The notes beneath the pieces are model-generated. The model saw only the letters and a list, made by a program, of their open reading frames with translations. It was not told the DNA's origin and made no database searches. DNA of 64,000 bases, taken from contig AP026138.1 in NCBI GenBank assembly GCA_030295235.1, forward strand, positions 558,001 to 622,000, given 5' to 3'. This DNA is from Fistulifera solaris. Taxonomy: Eukaryota. A program made the position numbers and the translations under genes. Positions 23,356 to 34,403 of this stretch are shown here, in pieces; the first letter of the stretch is position 1, and every line of letters starts with the position of its first letter.

Positions 23356-23727
23356 ATGGCGTCAACTCTCAAAGAATGGAAAGATAGTAAGTGAAAATGA
23401 GAGGAATCCTGTGTTTTACTCCCTCTCGCACTTGGTCTTACCTTTCTATAAACTTGTTCTGGCATAGAAACGATATGCGTCGTCACTTGCGATGGACGTA
23501 TCATCATTGGAAAACTGATTGGACATGATCAGGTACAAAATCTTATTTTGAATGAAGCACACGAACGGATATATTCGGAAGATACGGACGTGGAGGAAAT
23601 GCCGCTGGGGTTATATTTAGTCCGTGGGGACAATTTGTGTGTCGTTGGAGAGTTTGACGCAACAAAGATGGATGATACGATACGTGTTTCTGAACCCTTG
23701 CCGCATATATACCAGCAGCAGATGTAA
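23356..23727 (+). CDS. LSM8: U6 snRNA-associated Sm-like protein LSm8
   Basis: Not in the ORF track. Splicing intron 23387-23467 gives MASTLKEWKDKTICVVTCDGRIIIGKLIGHDQVQNLILNEAHERIYSEDTDVEEMPLGLYLVRGDNLCVVGEFD. Confidence 0.93.
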
Positions 23728-23858
23728 AATACCAAACGGGGCAGGATAACAAATAGCGAAGTCGAAAAGAGAAAATGAAATTGATGCTAGGTAAATTTTA
23801 ACGCACATGATTCAGATACCATGTGAATATTTTGAAATTCATACAAGTTTGCGCATCA

Positions 23859-24353
23859 TCAGCTTAAAGTAACTTGATCGCGATGTAAAGTAAAATCAAA
23901 CAAAAAAAACACCTTGCCGGAACGGGCAAGGCTTGAAAAAAGGCCATACATATCGGCCACAAACGTCATAAAATAGTTTTTCATGCTGTAACTCTCCGTT
24001 GCATCATGGTTGGAGGAAGGAGATAACAAGGCATCTCGTGCTTCTAGATCTGTTTCTGTCCCACTTCCACCGATCGAGGGTACTCGAAATTCCATGCTAT
24101 CCGAAATGTTCGACCATGCATTCGAAAAGAAGTTGGATCCTGCTTCAGGCGATCCGCCGCCATCTATATAGTTCCCATTTTGCGACACAGGAGTATACTG
24201 AGGCACCTGTATCTGTTGCGGTGTACTCGCAGCAGCAGCAGCCTGCTGTTCTCGATTCCTTTGCGCTTGAATTCGTTCGAGAAGAGATTTTCCGGAGCGG
24301 TGAGAGGACGCGGACGCCGACTCGTCAACAAAAGCAGCTTCTTCCTCGCTCAT
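23859..24353 (-). CDS. Hypothetical protein, possibly tail-anchored
   Basis: 164-aa ATG ORF with coding-like composition. A one-base shift at the T run near 23938 would give the hydrophobic tail LPVPARCFFCLILLYIAIKLL*. Confidence 0.6.
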   Translation of the reverse strand: MSEEEAAFVDESASASSHRSGKSLLERIQAQRNREQQAAAAASTPQQIQVPQYTPVSQNGNYIDGGGSPEAGSNFFSNAWSNISDSMEFRVPSIGGSGTETDLEARDALLSPSSNHDATESYSMKNYFMTFVADMYGLFSSLARSGKVFFLFDFTLHRDQVTLS

Positions 24354-24869
24354 AGTTGATCTTTTTCTTTCTTTTTAATGGTGGTTGCGATGAACTAATA
24401 TGTTCTGTTGCTTATCATTGTCTTGCTTTGCAATAAAGAAAGACGCGTGCACCGTGCGTATTTTTGCACTCGAAAATGAAGTACCGGTACGGCTTGCTAC
24501 GGCATTGCTAATGTAGGTTCTACCTATAGTCCCAGTACCGGCACACAGCTTTGTGAAGGAAAATGTACCGTCCTCTGTCCGATTGCAGCCTTATTACCTC
24601 TGGTATCACCACCATGACGACCAACGGCGCTGCAAGCTCACTGTGTTGTTTTGTGGCTCTATAAAAACTAAATTGGAATCGCTGAGACGGGCCTTACCTT
24701 TGCTTCGTCAACATAACAACTCGCATTTACTGAAATTTATCGGTGAAAGGTAAGGCTGTCCTATCGTCGTTATCGAATCATATTTGTGCCCATCTCGCTG
24801 AATCATCTCAATCCGATTTTTTACGTGACTTCTTATTTTCATTCATATCTGTTTAGTCTTATTTTCAAA

Positions 24870-25123
24870 ATGGGTTTTGATGGTCACGAAGTAGCTTTTG
24901 GAACAACCTTGGTAGGTGCGGTTGCATTGGTTCAAAGGACGCTACCCAAAGGTTGGGCGAGGTCCTTTGTGCACCGACACCCCGTTGCCGCCATGTCTTG
25001 CTTTTGGGCGTTTACTGGAATTGCGCTTCCTTTTTGATGCCACCTATGCGTCGAATGCTGAAATTGCCTACAAATCAATACGATGCGGAGCATCCCAAAG
25101 CTGTTGTCCCTAAATATGTCTAA
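24870..25123 (+). CDS. NDUFA3: Complex I accessory subunit B9/NDUFA3-like (one apparent frameshift)
   Basis: ...FVHRHPVAAMSCFWAFTGIALPF joins MPPMRRMLKLPTNQYDAEHP across the T run at about 25031-25036. It resembles the fungal 9.5-kDa subunit (single TM followed by PPxRR). Probable 5'UTR intron at about 24750-24856. Confidence 0.65.
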
Positions 25124-25219
25124 ACGAATTACATGTCAAGTGCTATGATGGGCTGTATTTCCTCAACGTAGATGAGAGGCGATTATTATAAAAAAATTAA
25201 ACTAAAAAATTAAACTAGT

Positions 25220-25705
25220 CTAACTGCGGAGTGTTACTCTCTCCAAGTATTCAAATATGATTTTCAGTATTGATTCTAGAAAAGGTATCCGAATCAAAAC
25301 TCTGCACCACAAAACGTAGAACACTACAGTCCAAAAGAATGCAACAGAGAGCATCAAAATCCGTTGTTCTCGCTGCTGGGCGCGCTGAAGAGATGTTAGG
25401 GCCGATTTCGCTTTGGATGCGTTCAGCAACTGCTGATCAGTCTTGGACTCTGCTAACAGCTTTCCGTCACTATCAATGGCTCTCCCCACTTTTTCGACGC
25501 GCTCCAACTCATTTTGTAGCAAAGCTTGAGTTCTCCGCAAAGACTCTTGAATCGCTGCTGCCTCGGAAGCAGTTCCGCTTGTATTGAGAGATGACCCCGC
25601 GAAGCGACGCCTTGTGACCGGTTGCTTGTCATCGAAAAGTTCACTTCGGTCTTGTTGAAATGAGGCTGTCATTCTAGGGCGTGAGGTGCTTTTCCGGTTC
25701 GCCAT
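25220..25705 (-). CDS. SEC20: Sec20/BNIP1-like SNARE
   Basis: ESLRRTQALLQNELER coiled coil and C-terminal TM (ILMLSVAFFWTVVFYVLWCR). ATG at 25705. Confidence 0.7.
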   Translation of the reverse strand: MANRKSTSRPRMTASFQQDRSELFDDKQPVTRRRFAGSSLNTSGTASEAAAIQESLRRTQALLQNELERVEKVGRAIDSDGKLLAESKTDQQLLNASKAKSALTSLQRAQQREQRILMLSVAFFWTVVFYVLWCRVLIRIPFLESILKIIFEYLERVTLRS

Positions 25706-26258
25706 TTCCTTTAAATTAGATCGAATAGAACAGGAAACAAAAGGGAGTGTCTTTTGTGCAATATATAATATTCGTCGCTTTGTTATTGTTGTTGACAGTT
25801 GACAATTATAAGAAACACAACGCGAAAATGCTACAAAAAGCAACGCGCATCGCCTTATAGGGTCAAGGATAAAATCAAAAAGTCGTGTTCAGAAACAAGA
25901 AACAAGTCCAAGTTTTGTCAGTAGCAAACTCAGAAACGGTACACAAAGCTACAGAAAACCTTTAGTGTCTTTTCTCCTTATACTTATCAAACCATACTTA
26001 GTTATTCTTATTATAGCAATAGAAAGCAGGAATTCGAGGGCCCATGGCCGAAACAAAACGCCCTTGAGAATGTGACGCACGTAAACCATCAATTTCGCGC
26101 AACGTCACAATCCTCGACAGAGCGCCACTCTTTTATCGAGAAAAGCAGCCGTCAAAATATCGCAAACATTGCAACAACGACGTCGTGACACTTCGTTCAT
26201 TACATCTCATTTCCTGTAAATCCTCTGCTCTAATTGAAAGCATTATCAACCCATTAGA

Positions 26259-27551
26259 ATGAAGTTCTCTGTTGCAGCCGCCTTGTTTGCCCTCGTGCCC
26301 TCTCAGGGTTTCCAGGTTTCGATGTCATCCACTGGATACTTCGATTCTATGAGCCGAGGAGCCAGTAAACCTTCGAACTTTTCTCCTTTCGGGCGCAAAA
26401 TGAGCGACGGAAAGAGTTCCAGTGCATATCTCAATCAAGTGTCCGGAGCGGCACCTTCCTATTCTGCTCCTGCGGCCTCGAGTTACGGTGGTGCCTCTCC
26501 TCCTTCGTACTCAGCTCCTGCTACTTCGGCTTATCAACCAGCCCCTTCTGCTCCTGCACCCGTCTCCTCTTTCAGCGGTGGTTCTGCAAAGCCCGCAAAC
26601 TACAGTCCTTTCGGAAAGAAGATGAGTGACGGAAAGGGATCCAGTGCTTACCTCAATGCTGTCACTGGATCTTCTCCCGCATACTCGGCGGCTCCTGCCA
26701 CTTCGGCTTATCAACCGGCACCTGCTGCTCCTGCACCCGTCTCTTCTTTCAGCGGTGGATCTGCAAAGCCCGCCAACTACAGTCCTTTCGGAAAGAAAAT
26801 GAGCGACGGAAAGGGATCCAGTGCTTACCTCAATGCTGTTGCTGGATCTTCTCCTTCGTACTCTGCTCCGGCCACGTCGGCTTATCAACCGGCACCTGCT
26901 GCTCCTGCACCCGTCTCATCCTTTGGAAGTGGTGCTGCGAAGCCCGCTAGTTATTCTCCTTTTGGGAAGAAGATGGCTGACGGAAAGGGATCTAGTGCTT
27001 ATCTTAACTCTGTGGCTGGATCTTCTCCGTCCTATTCGGCTCCTGCCACTTCGGCTTATCAACCGGCACCTGCTGCCCCTGCACCCGTTTCCTCCTTTGG
27101 TAGTGGCGCTGCAAAGCCCGCCAGCTATTCTCCGTTTGGAAAGAAAATGGCCGACGGAAAGGGATCAAGTGCTTATCTCAATGCTGTCGCTGGCGGAGCT
27201 CCTTCGTACTCGGCTCCTGCCCCAGCGGCCCCTGTCACTCCTAGCTACCAACCTGCCCCGGCTGCCCCCGCTGCAGCATCAACCAGTAGCTATCTAAACA
27301 TGGGAGGAGGTGGAGCCGCCAAGCCAGCCAGCTATTCTCCCTTCGGTCGCAAAATGGGAGCCAGCAAGTCTTCCAGCACTTACCTCGAAAACGTAAGCAA
27401 TGCCGCACCGGTTTCTAGCTCTTACAGCTCCTTCCACAGCACTCTATCCGAGGCTTCGTCGGCGGCACCCAAGCCCCAAGAAAACCGTTTCTTTCTTCAA
27501 GACATTGCCTCACAAGGAACCTACCTTGACGCCACCAAGAGCCGGTGGTAA
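26259..27551 (+). CDS. Plastid-targeted low-complexity protein with six KPxxYSPFGKKM.DGK.SSAYLN repeats
   Basis: Intact 430-aa ORF. Signal peptide MKFSVAAALFALVPSQG-F. Repeats of about 58-75 aa, rich in S/A/P/G. Differences between DNA repeats are largely synonymous. Confidence 0.9.
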   Translation: MKFSVAAALFALVPSQGFQVSMSSTGYFDSMSRGASKPSNFSPFGRKMSDGKSSSAYLNQVSGAAPSYSAPAASSYGGASPPSYSAPATSAYQPAPSAPAPVSSFSGGSAKPANYSPFGKKMSDGKGSSAYLNAVTGSSPAYSAAPATSAYQPAPAAPAPVSSFSGGSAKPANYSPFGKKMSDGKGSSAYLNAVAGSSPSYSAPATSAYQPAPAAPAPVSSFGSGAAKPASYSPFGKKMADGKGSSAYLNSVAGSSPSYSAPATSAYQPAPAAPAPVSSFGSGAAKPASYSPFGKKMADGKGSSAYLNAVAGGAPSYSAPAPAAPVTPSYQPAPAAPAAASTSSYLNMGGGGAAKPASYSPFGRKMGASKSSSTYLENVSNAAPVSSSYSSFHSTLSEASSAAPKPQENRFFLQDIASQGTYLDATKSRW

Positions 27552-27939
27552 GGCGACCAGAGAAAGATCTACATATTGAAACTATGTTACAGTACCGCGA
27601 TATGAAAGGAATAGGCATTGCCGATGGCCCCAAAATAAGATACATTTAATCCGAATCTTTTCTTTTAGGTTCTACGTTAGTTCTCGGACTTGATCCTCTG
27701 GCCTCTCTGATTTACTTCAGGTTCAGGCTGCATCAATTTTCGATATAATTCGTACTGTAAGTTGATCACAGTACAGAGTAGTAGCTTTCGTTACCGGTAA
27801 GACTGTTTTCCGTCTGTCTGTGTCCCGCATTGACCGGCATAGCGTCCAACAAAAAACGTCAAGAAAGCGAGATAGGTTTTTCAAAATTTCCCACCATGAA
27901 TGACATCAAAAGATCTTCTATCCACATCATCCTCTCATC

Positions 27940-30900
27940 ATGAACAAGCGTCGACGACTCTCTCCGCTTGGGGCGTCTGAATTCGCAGCCATCTTGAATG
28001 GAGAAGATCCGGGCGCGATTCATGATGCACTGCGTCGTTTCGTTCAAACGGTTCGTGAAGAACGACGAGCTGCGGTGGGAGATTCGTCCCTCGAAGAAAG
28101 AAAGACCAGTGACTCGTCCACCAGCGAGGATGAAGAAGACAAGCCTTTGCAAAAGAAACAAAAGTTTCGAAAAGAAGACTCGTGGAAAGAGGACACGGCG
28201 AACTATGATGTCCCTTTGTCGGGACTTCGGTGGCGAGAGGAGATACAGGTCAGGTCGTCGCGGGAGAGTGGCCAACCGGTTTATTGAAAGCTTACGTGGA
28301 AAAGAGTCCAAAAGCTATTGAATTCAATCATCTATTGCCTGGCGGACCGATTCATAAAATACTACTGCGCCGGAAACATGGCAGAACTTGGCACAAGATT
28401 CAGAAATTGTATCTGCAGGCAGTCTCGGAGCTCATTACTGTGGCCGTTCCTCTTGAATGCATCAAGAATGATACAATGCCAAGTCGAAATACATCTAATA
28501 AGGACAGCTCGACCCGCCAAATCGTCGAAACGTTGGTGTCTTCTCACTTTTCTGGATGGTGCTTGTTGTTGAAGGAAGAAACTGGAAATGGAAAGGGAAA
28601 GGCGGGTGTCGTCGGTGGCTGTGGGGAACTTGCTCCGTACATTATTCGAATCTTTCATCGGCTGACCCGGATCAGCTCGGAAAATGCTCGCCACATTATG
28701 CGCGATGTAGAGCAGAGCGTTTCGGAACATGCTTTGCGCTTCATTCTGAAGAAGCCGAACAAAGAGGGGGGAAGAGTACGCTGCCAGCTTCCGAGCCGCA
28801 TCCAAAATTGAGCTTCTTGAATGGGTTGGCTGGTTGACGTCAATTCCTGATCATGTTATCCTTTCTCGACTGTGTTCACCCGGTGCTCGTGATCGAAAGA
28901 TATCTCCCGGTCTTCTATACATGTCACTCAAGGAGGGTTTGGCGGATTTCGGACCCGACAGTGTGGCGTCTGCTGTCGAGCTCGTTATTCGAAATCTAAA
29001 AGGCGTATTGATGAGTGAGGATTCTCGTTCTCGGAAGATACTGATAGACGTATTCTCCAGAGATGCGGTGCAAAGTTTGTGCCAAGTTGCAGCTCATGCG
29101 CCTGTACTGTCATCCCAGAATAGCGTCGAACAGGTATTACAGTTCATTGACAAAACCTACAATCAGGTCGAAGCCGTCGGATCAGAAGCCCGTCGGTTAT
29201 TATTTATCTTGATTTGCGACCCTGAGAAGTCCCCTTTGGTTCATAGCCTTCGAAAGAACTTAAAGAGCGCTAAGCGGACACGTCCAGTGATATTACAAAT
29301 CGTTCAGCATTTTCTAAAAGTCGAAAGTGGCGAAATGACAAAGCTCGCACTTCAGACGGTGCGCGTGAATCCTTCGCTTTTTGGACCGCTTCTGCAGAAT
29401 TTCTTGTTCCCCGACATGAAAAGAACGTTTGCCTTTGTAGCGCGGGTTAACTTTGCTGCCAATTTGATCCTTCATGGGCCTTCGATTGAGGAATGTCTGA
29501 AAAGTGATGGCTCTTATAAGCGCATTGTAGACGATGCAACGCTTCTCCATTTGTTCCTTCCGTGCAACATCAAAGATACGATTCTCCGAAAAGCGCTACA
29601 GAGTGGGAACACTCTTATTGTAGCGGAAGTACTGAAGCTGATTGTTTTCATTCTGAAAAGGATATGCTGCTATTCGGCTGCTTTGGAGGATGATGATGAA
29701 AAGGTGACCTTAGAGCCTCAGCGACTTTGGAATTTGTTGAAAGCTTGGATTCCGGAACCCAGTTTACTCGTTTCTATTTTAGTGAAGTATGATGCGTCGC
29801 AGGGACTGGCTTCAATGGCGGTGACTAATCGGGTGTGCCTCGTCCTGAAGTTTCTTCTTGATAATATTCCTGAGGTTTTTTCTGGTGTTACTTTTGACTG
29901 GTCGAAACTCCTTTCAAATGACAGTAGCTTTAGTTCTGCGAGATCGATTGTCCAAGGCGCAATGCTTAAAACTGTTATGCTAATGCTGGAAGCAAATCAG
30001 GTGAGTCGCTAATTCGTATTCTAAGCTTACGAATTGTTCTACTCTGTCCTTATCTTTGTTTCCCGAGTAGCTGCGATTACCCCCGGGAACGGAAGCCAAG
30101 TTCTGCTACGAGCTTTTGCGCATCCTTTTACACACTAAAGTCGTATACGTGTACGATTTAGCGAAGAAGACTATTCTACACTACTTATCTGCTCATTTGG
30201 GAAACCAAGGAGACTCTGAGCATAGATCATTTGTTGCGGATGAAATTTCGTGTTGGATCGACGGCCTTTCTATTGCTACTTTGGGTGATTTTTTCTCTGT
30301 TCTCCAGCAAATCTTACAGCAGCCGTATCACTTCACACTTCAGTTTGCAAAAATTTGGCTAGATTGTGTTGGAGACAAGGCAGTGCCGCGAATGCCTTTT
30401 ACTGCTCTGATGATTCAATCGCTTCGCTTGGTCCATCAAGTGTCCTCCCAGTATACTCTCTTGTACTCGCAAGTTGCGACAAATGCCTTGCTGTTTCATA
30501 ACGACCCTGTCGCACTTGCAACTGTAATAAAGGAAGTATATCACCAGGAACAGTTAGGTGGACAAAGCGTATGCATGGACCGACTAGTTCAGTTAATTGA
30601 CGACTTATTTTTCAGTGGAAGGTCAGGCAAATTTGAGCAGCTCACTGCACTGGGCGAACACTTTGGGTCTTTATTTTCGCCTCATCGACATCCTATTCCT
30701 TGTCTGATCCGAAAAGTTAAGAACCGAGCAAGTCTGTCAATCAGTAATCTTTCATTGAGCTGGGAGGACGTGCTACTGTTGGTTCGCCAATGTTCCAATC
30801 AAATGATGTGGCATGAAACTGATCGAAAGGCACTTTCAAATGGACTGAAAAGTGCTCTTCCAGGTCTATTACTGGTAAATCTCCGTGCTTGATGAGTTCG

Positions 30901-33900
30901 ACATGCCCTAATCACTCATTTTTTCTCACCAACGTTCCATTGCTTAACAGAAATTGCCGTCGGCTTGGAAGCCGTGTACTATAGTTTCAGCTGAGATTGC
31001 TCACCTAAGTCTGATTATGATATCTGGAGTTTCAATAATGGATGCTAGAGGAATTCCAGTCGATGCTGAAGTTACCCGCAGTATTTCAGGGAACATGTTG
31101 ATTTTAGGTCAGGCAAACTTAGAGAATAGCCGAGATCTTTATCATTTCCTGTTCACATGTCCCTGTCTTTCATCGCCTTTGCTCGGTGAATTGCTTTGTC
31201 AACTGATCGACAAGCCGAAAAACGATCCAATCTACAGTGCTTTAACGGCAAACATTCTCGATTTAGTTGCGAAAGGCTCTTTTACGAGTGAAGAAGACTA
31301 CCTTCTTTGCGGTAAAGTATCTGTGATGGTTGTTAAGCTATGGTGTAGATTGGGGAGCGAGCTCGACATACCCGAGCACGAGGCGTTGGTCAAGAGTGCC
31401 GACAATGCAGTAAAACGAATGTTATCGGGGAGCAACTTGGCGGCATCATTTGCATTATGCGAACTGTTAAAACGAAAATCGACAGAGATTGTTGCGGAGT
31501 GTATTGGTGGGGGAGCCATTCATCATCCCGAGCGAATTGAAATTCTCTTGATTTTACTCGATAGAGAGCCGGCATCATTTGCGCCTGCAATAATAGAAGT
31601 TATTCGCTGCCTAAACTGCATACCTTCATCGAAACTCGACGATCTTCTGGTGGCCCTGAAACTGTCTGACTTACATAATGACGACGAAAAGATTTTCTCT
31701 CAAGCTGGCAACATGATGTTTTAAATCGTTTGATGAAGGATATCGCTGATAACCATGAAGTCGACATTGCTTATAATCTTCAACGCTTCGAGAGAATTAT
31801 TGAGAATGTTCGCGATTCTTCGATACTCATCGACGCCCTCTCAATCTTCATAAACAAATCCCGCGTGTTGCCGAAGGAATTCAAGGTCTGTTTCACGAAA
31901 CTTACTGAAGCGACAGAGCGTATATCTATTTCAGTTAAAGGGGAGAGAGCAAGAAAAGTAGCTTCTCTATGTTTACTGCTACTCAGCGAGAAGGTAAACC
32001 AATCAGTAAAAAGCTACTTACGGAGACACGGTACTAACAAGGAAAATATCGAAGCCAAAGCAAAAGACGTGATTGACAGTGCCATCACTCTACTGAATAG
32101 TACAGTCGATTTTGACCTCGACTGTTTGAGAAGCGACGGCACAGAATCAATCACAATTGCGGTCAAAGTATGTCTTCGTGTCGGTTTAGGGCCAGTCAAT
32201 ACGGAAGCTGATGTTTTGAGCTGGCGCTGTCTGAAGCTGGCGCGAAGCTATGTCTCTTCTATCCAGTCAGGTAAATTATGCGGCATGTTCAGTATACCAG
32301 GCGACTTTTCAAGTTTCGTGTTCGAAATGGTTTCCACCCATTCCAATTTTCATAATTTATTGCGCAATGGAACGGGCGATCTTACAACAAGAGAGTTGCT
32401 CGACTTGTTGCTGGAGTGTTTAAAGAATGGCAGGCATCTTACTTTCGATAAGGAAGTGTGGCAAACGTTGCTTTGTACGTTCGGTTGTGGCATGTCTTCG
32501 ACCGATTTGACTTTAAGGAAGATTATCGCGCGGTATGGAGTTTTGGAAAAGAGGTAAGAATGGAAACGAACTTGCATTTTTGTAGTTTATGGTCGTATCT
32601 AACTTGTCACGAGCAGGTCGATACTTCACTAGTCACGATGGACCAATTTACGTGGGGCGTGACTCCTTCGACATCAATGCCGCCATCAGATTTATTTTTG
32701 AATGCTTTGGAGATGTATAGAATCCAGGCTACGTTGTGCAACTTTCCTATTCACGACTCGATCGACCCCTTTTGCGTTGAACTAAGTAAAGATGAAGAGT
32801 TGCAAAGGAACTTCATCAAGGATGAGAGGTATAGTCCTGGGTTTTTGCTCCCCTTGGCGTTAGCCCAGTTAGAACTTTCTATGGACATCGACCACGAAGC
32901 GATATTCGTTAGCACAGGCAATGTTAATTTAGAAGCTGTAGAGCTTGCGCAGCGCTATTGCGAAAGAGGTGTTACAGCGCTGGCTTTTATGGCTTTGGCT
33001 TCAAATTGCAGAAGACTTCGAAACACAGGGCTAGCGATGCTTGGCCTATTGAACTTTTTGGTCGGATCCAAATTAGCTCTTGAATCAAGCACATGGCGGT
33101 CAAGGCCCCAATTGATGATGCTTTTGGATTCCTTTCGTCGGTCCATGGTGATTTTTAGTGAGACCAAGGAAGTGACCGAACAGTGCCCACAACTGCCTGG
33201 TCTGTCTGCTTTATTCTTGGCGAGAGCGTCTTTGGTTTTATCACATCCAGGCGATGAACTCTACGCAAACATCAACAGAGTCTTTCTTCGCATTGAAAAG
33301 GATCATGGGGCCTTCCAAGACCTTTGGAGGTTACCATCTTTTGTCGCATTATTTTGTTCTGCTGCCGACGATCACGAGAAACTACTCGAGGAAAGAATCT
33401 TCGCCCTCCGTCTTGTTAGAGATGGATTTTTGAATGAAATGTGCTACAAACCCCTTCATGCCTGTCACGGTATAGAAATGATTCTGTCGTCATTTGGTAA
33501 TGATCGAATGCGCTCTCCCGACAAACATGATGAGTTTGTAGTGCTAATGGAAGCTTTGGAGAGACTTGTAAGCTTCGGGGGTATAAGGAGCAGTGATCAT
33601 CTTTTCAAGCGCCTGGGTTTACTGTCGTTTTGGCGCTCGTTAATTTTGGCAAGGTCTTTCACCAGGTTTGTCCAAACGTCGAAAGAGCGCGGTGTCTTCT
33701 TGTCGTGTTTTAGAGCATGCCTGAATCATGCATCGTCGGTTCTATCAAAAGACGACTTTTCCCTTGCTACACAGGGACTATGGCCACCCCTTCTTGACTT
33801 TTTTTCTGGAGCTAATAGCCTTTGACAAAAACTACGCTTTTTCGTGCCTTTCGACATTGAGTGCACTTAACGGCGCGTCGTATGATAGGAAGTATTTGGA

Positions 33901-34342
33901 TCCACCCAGCGACAATTTTAACGCAGCCGCCTTTCCGACGGCGACTAAGCTGTTAAGAGTTATGGAGGAACTCAAAGAAAGTTCCTTTGCCAGGATACTC
34001 TGTACCATGCCTTTGTCTAGTACTGATCGCGATGCCGATGAAGATTACGCCGTCATAATCTGCTTGGGTCTTCTTCGTATGGTAGTGCGCAGAGACTTGG
34101 CTCTAGAATGCGCACTACTGCGAATCGAATCTTTGGTACATTATTTTGCTTCTCTCACTTTCGATAGTAACGAAGAGCTGCTCGTATCGCTGTTGAGACT
34201 TCGATCCGACGTTACTTTCGATGAAGAAATGTTAAGCTTATGGCGAAAGTGCGTTTCTATTCTTGTTAGCTCTCGACCAAATGATGTCGATGGGCATTGC
34301 GCCACCGCGTTTCGAAAGTTAACTCTGGGCCTTATTCAGTAA
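27940..34342 (+). CDS. URB1: Nucleolar pre-ribosomal-associated protein 1 (URB1/Npa1), multi-exon, several apparent frameshifts
   Basis: Collinear + strand ORFs with introns at 30001-30070, 30875-30950 and 32554-32616. C-terminal NopRA1-type motifs RYSPGFLLPL, LAFMALAS, ALFLARASLVLSHPGDELY and ERIFALRLVRDG. Confidence 0.8.
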
Positions 34343-34403
34343 TAGTCATGATTTAAGAAGCACTATTCTTACATTCATTGAACCAGAGTCACGTTATCGT
34401 AAC

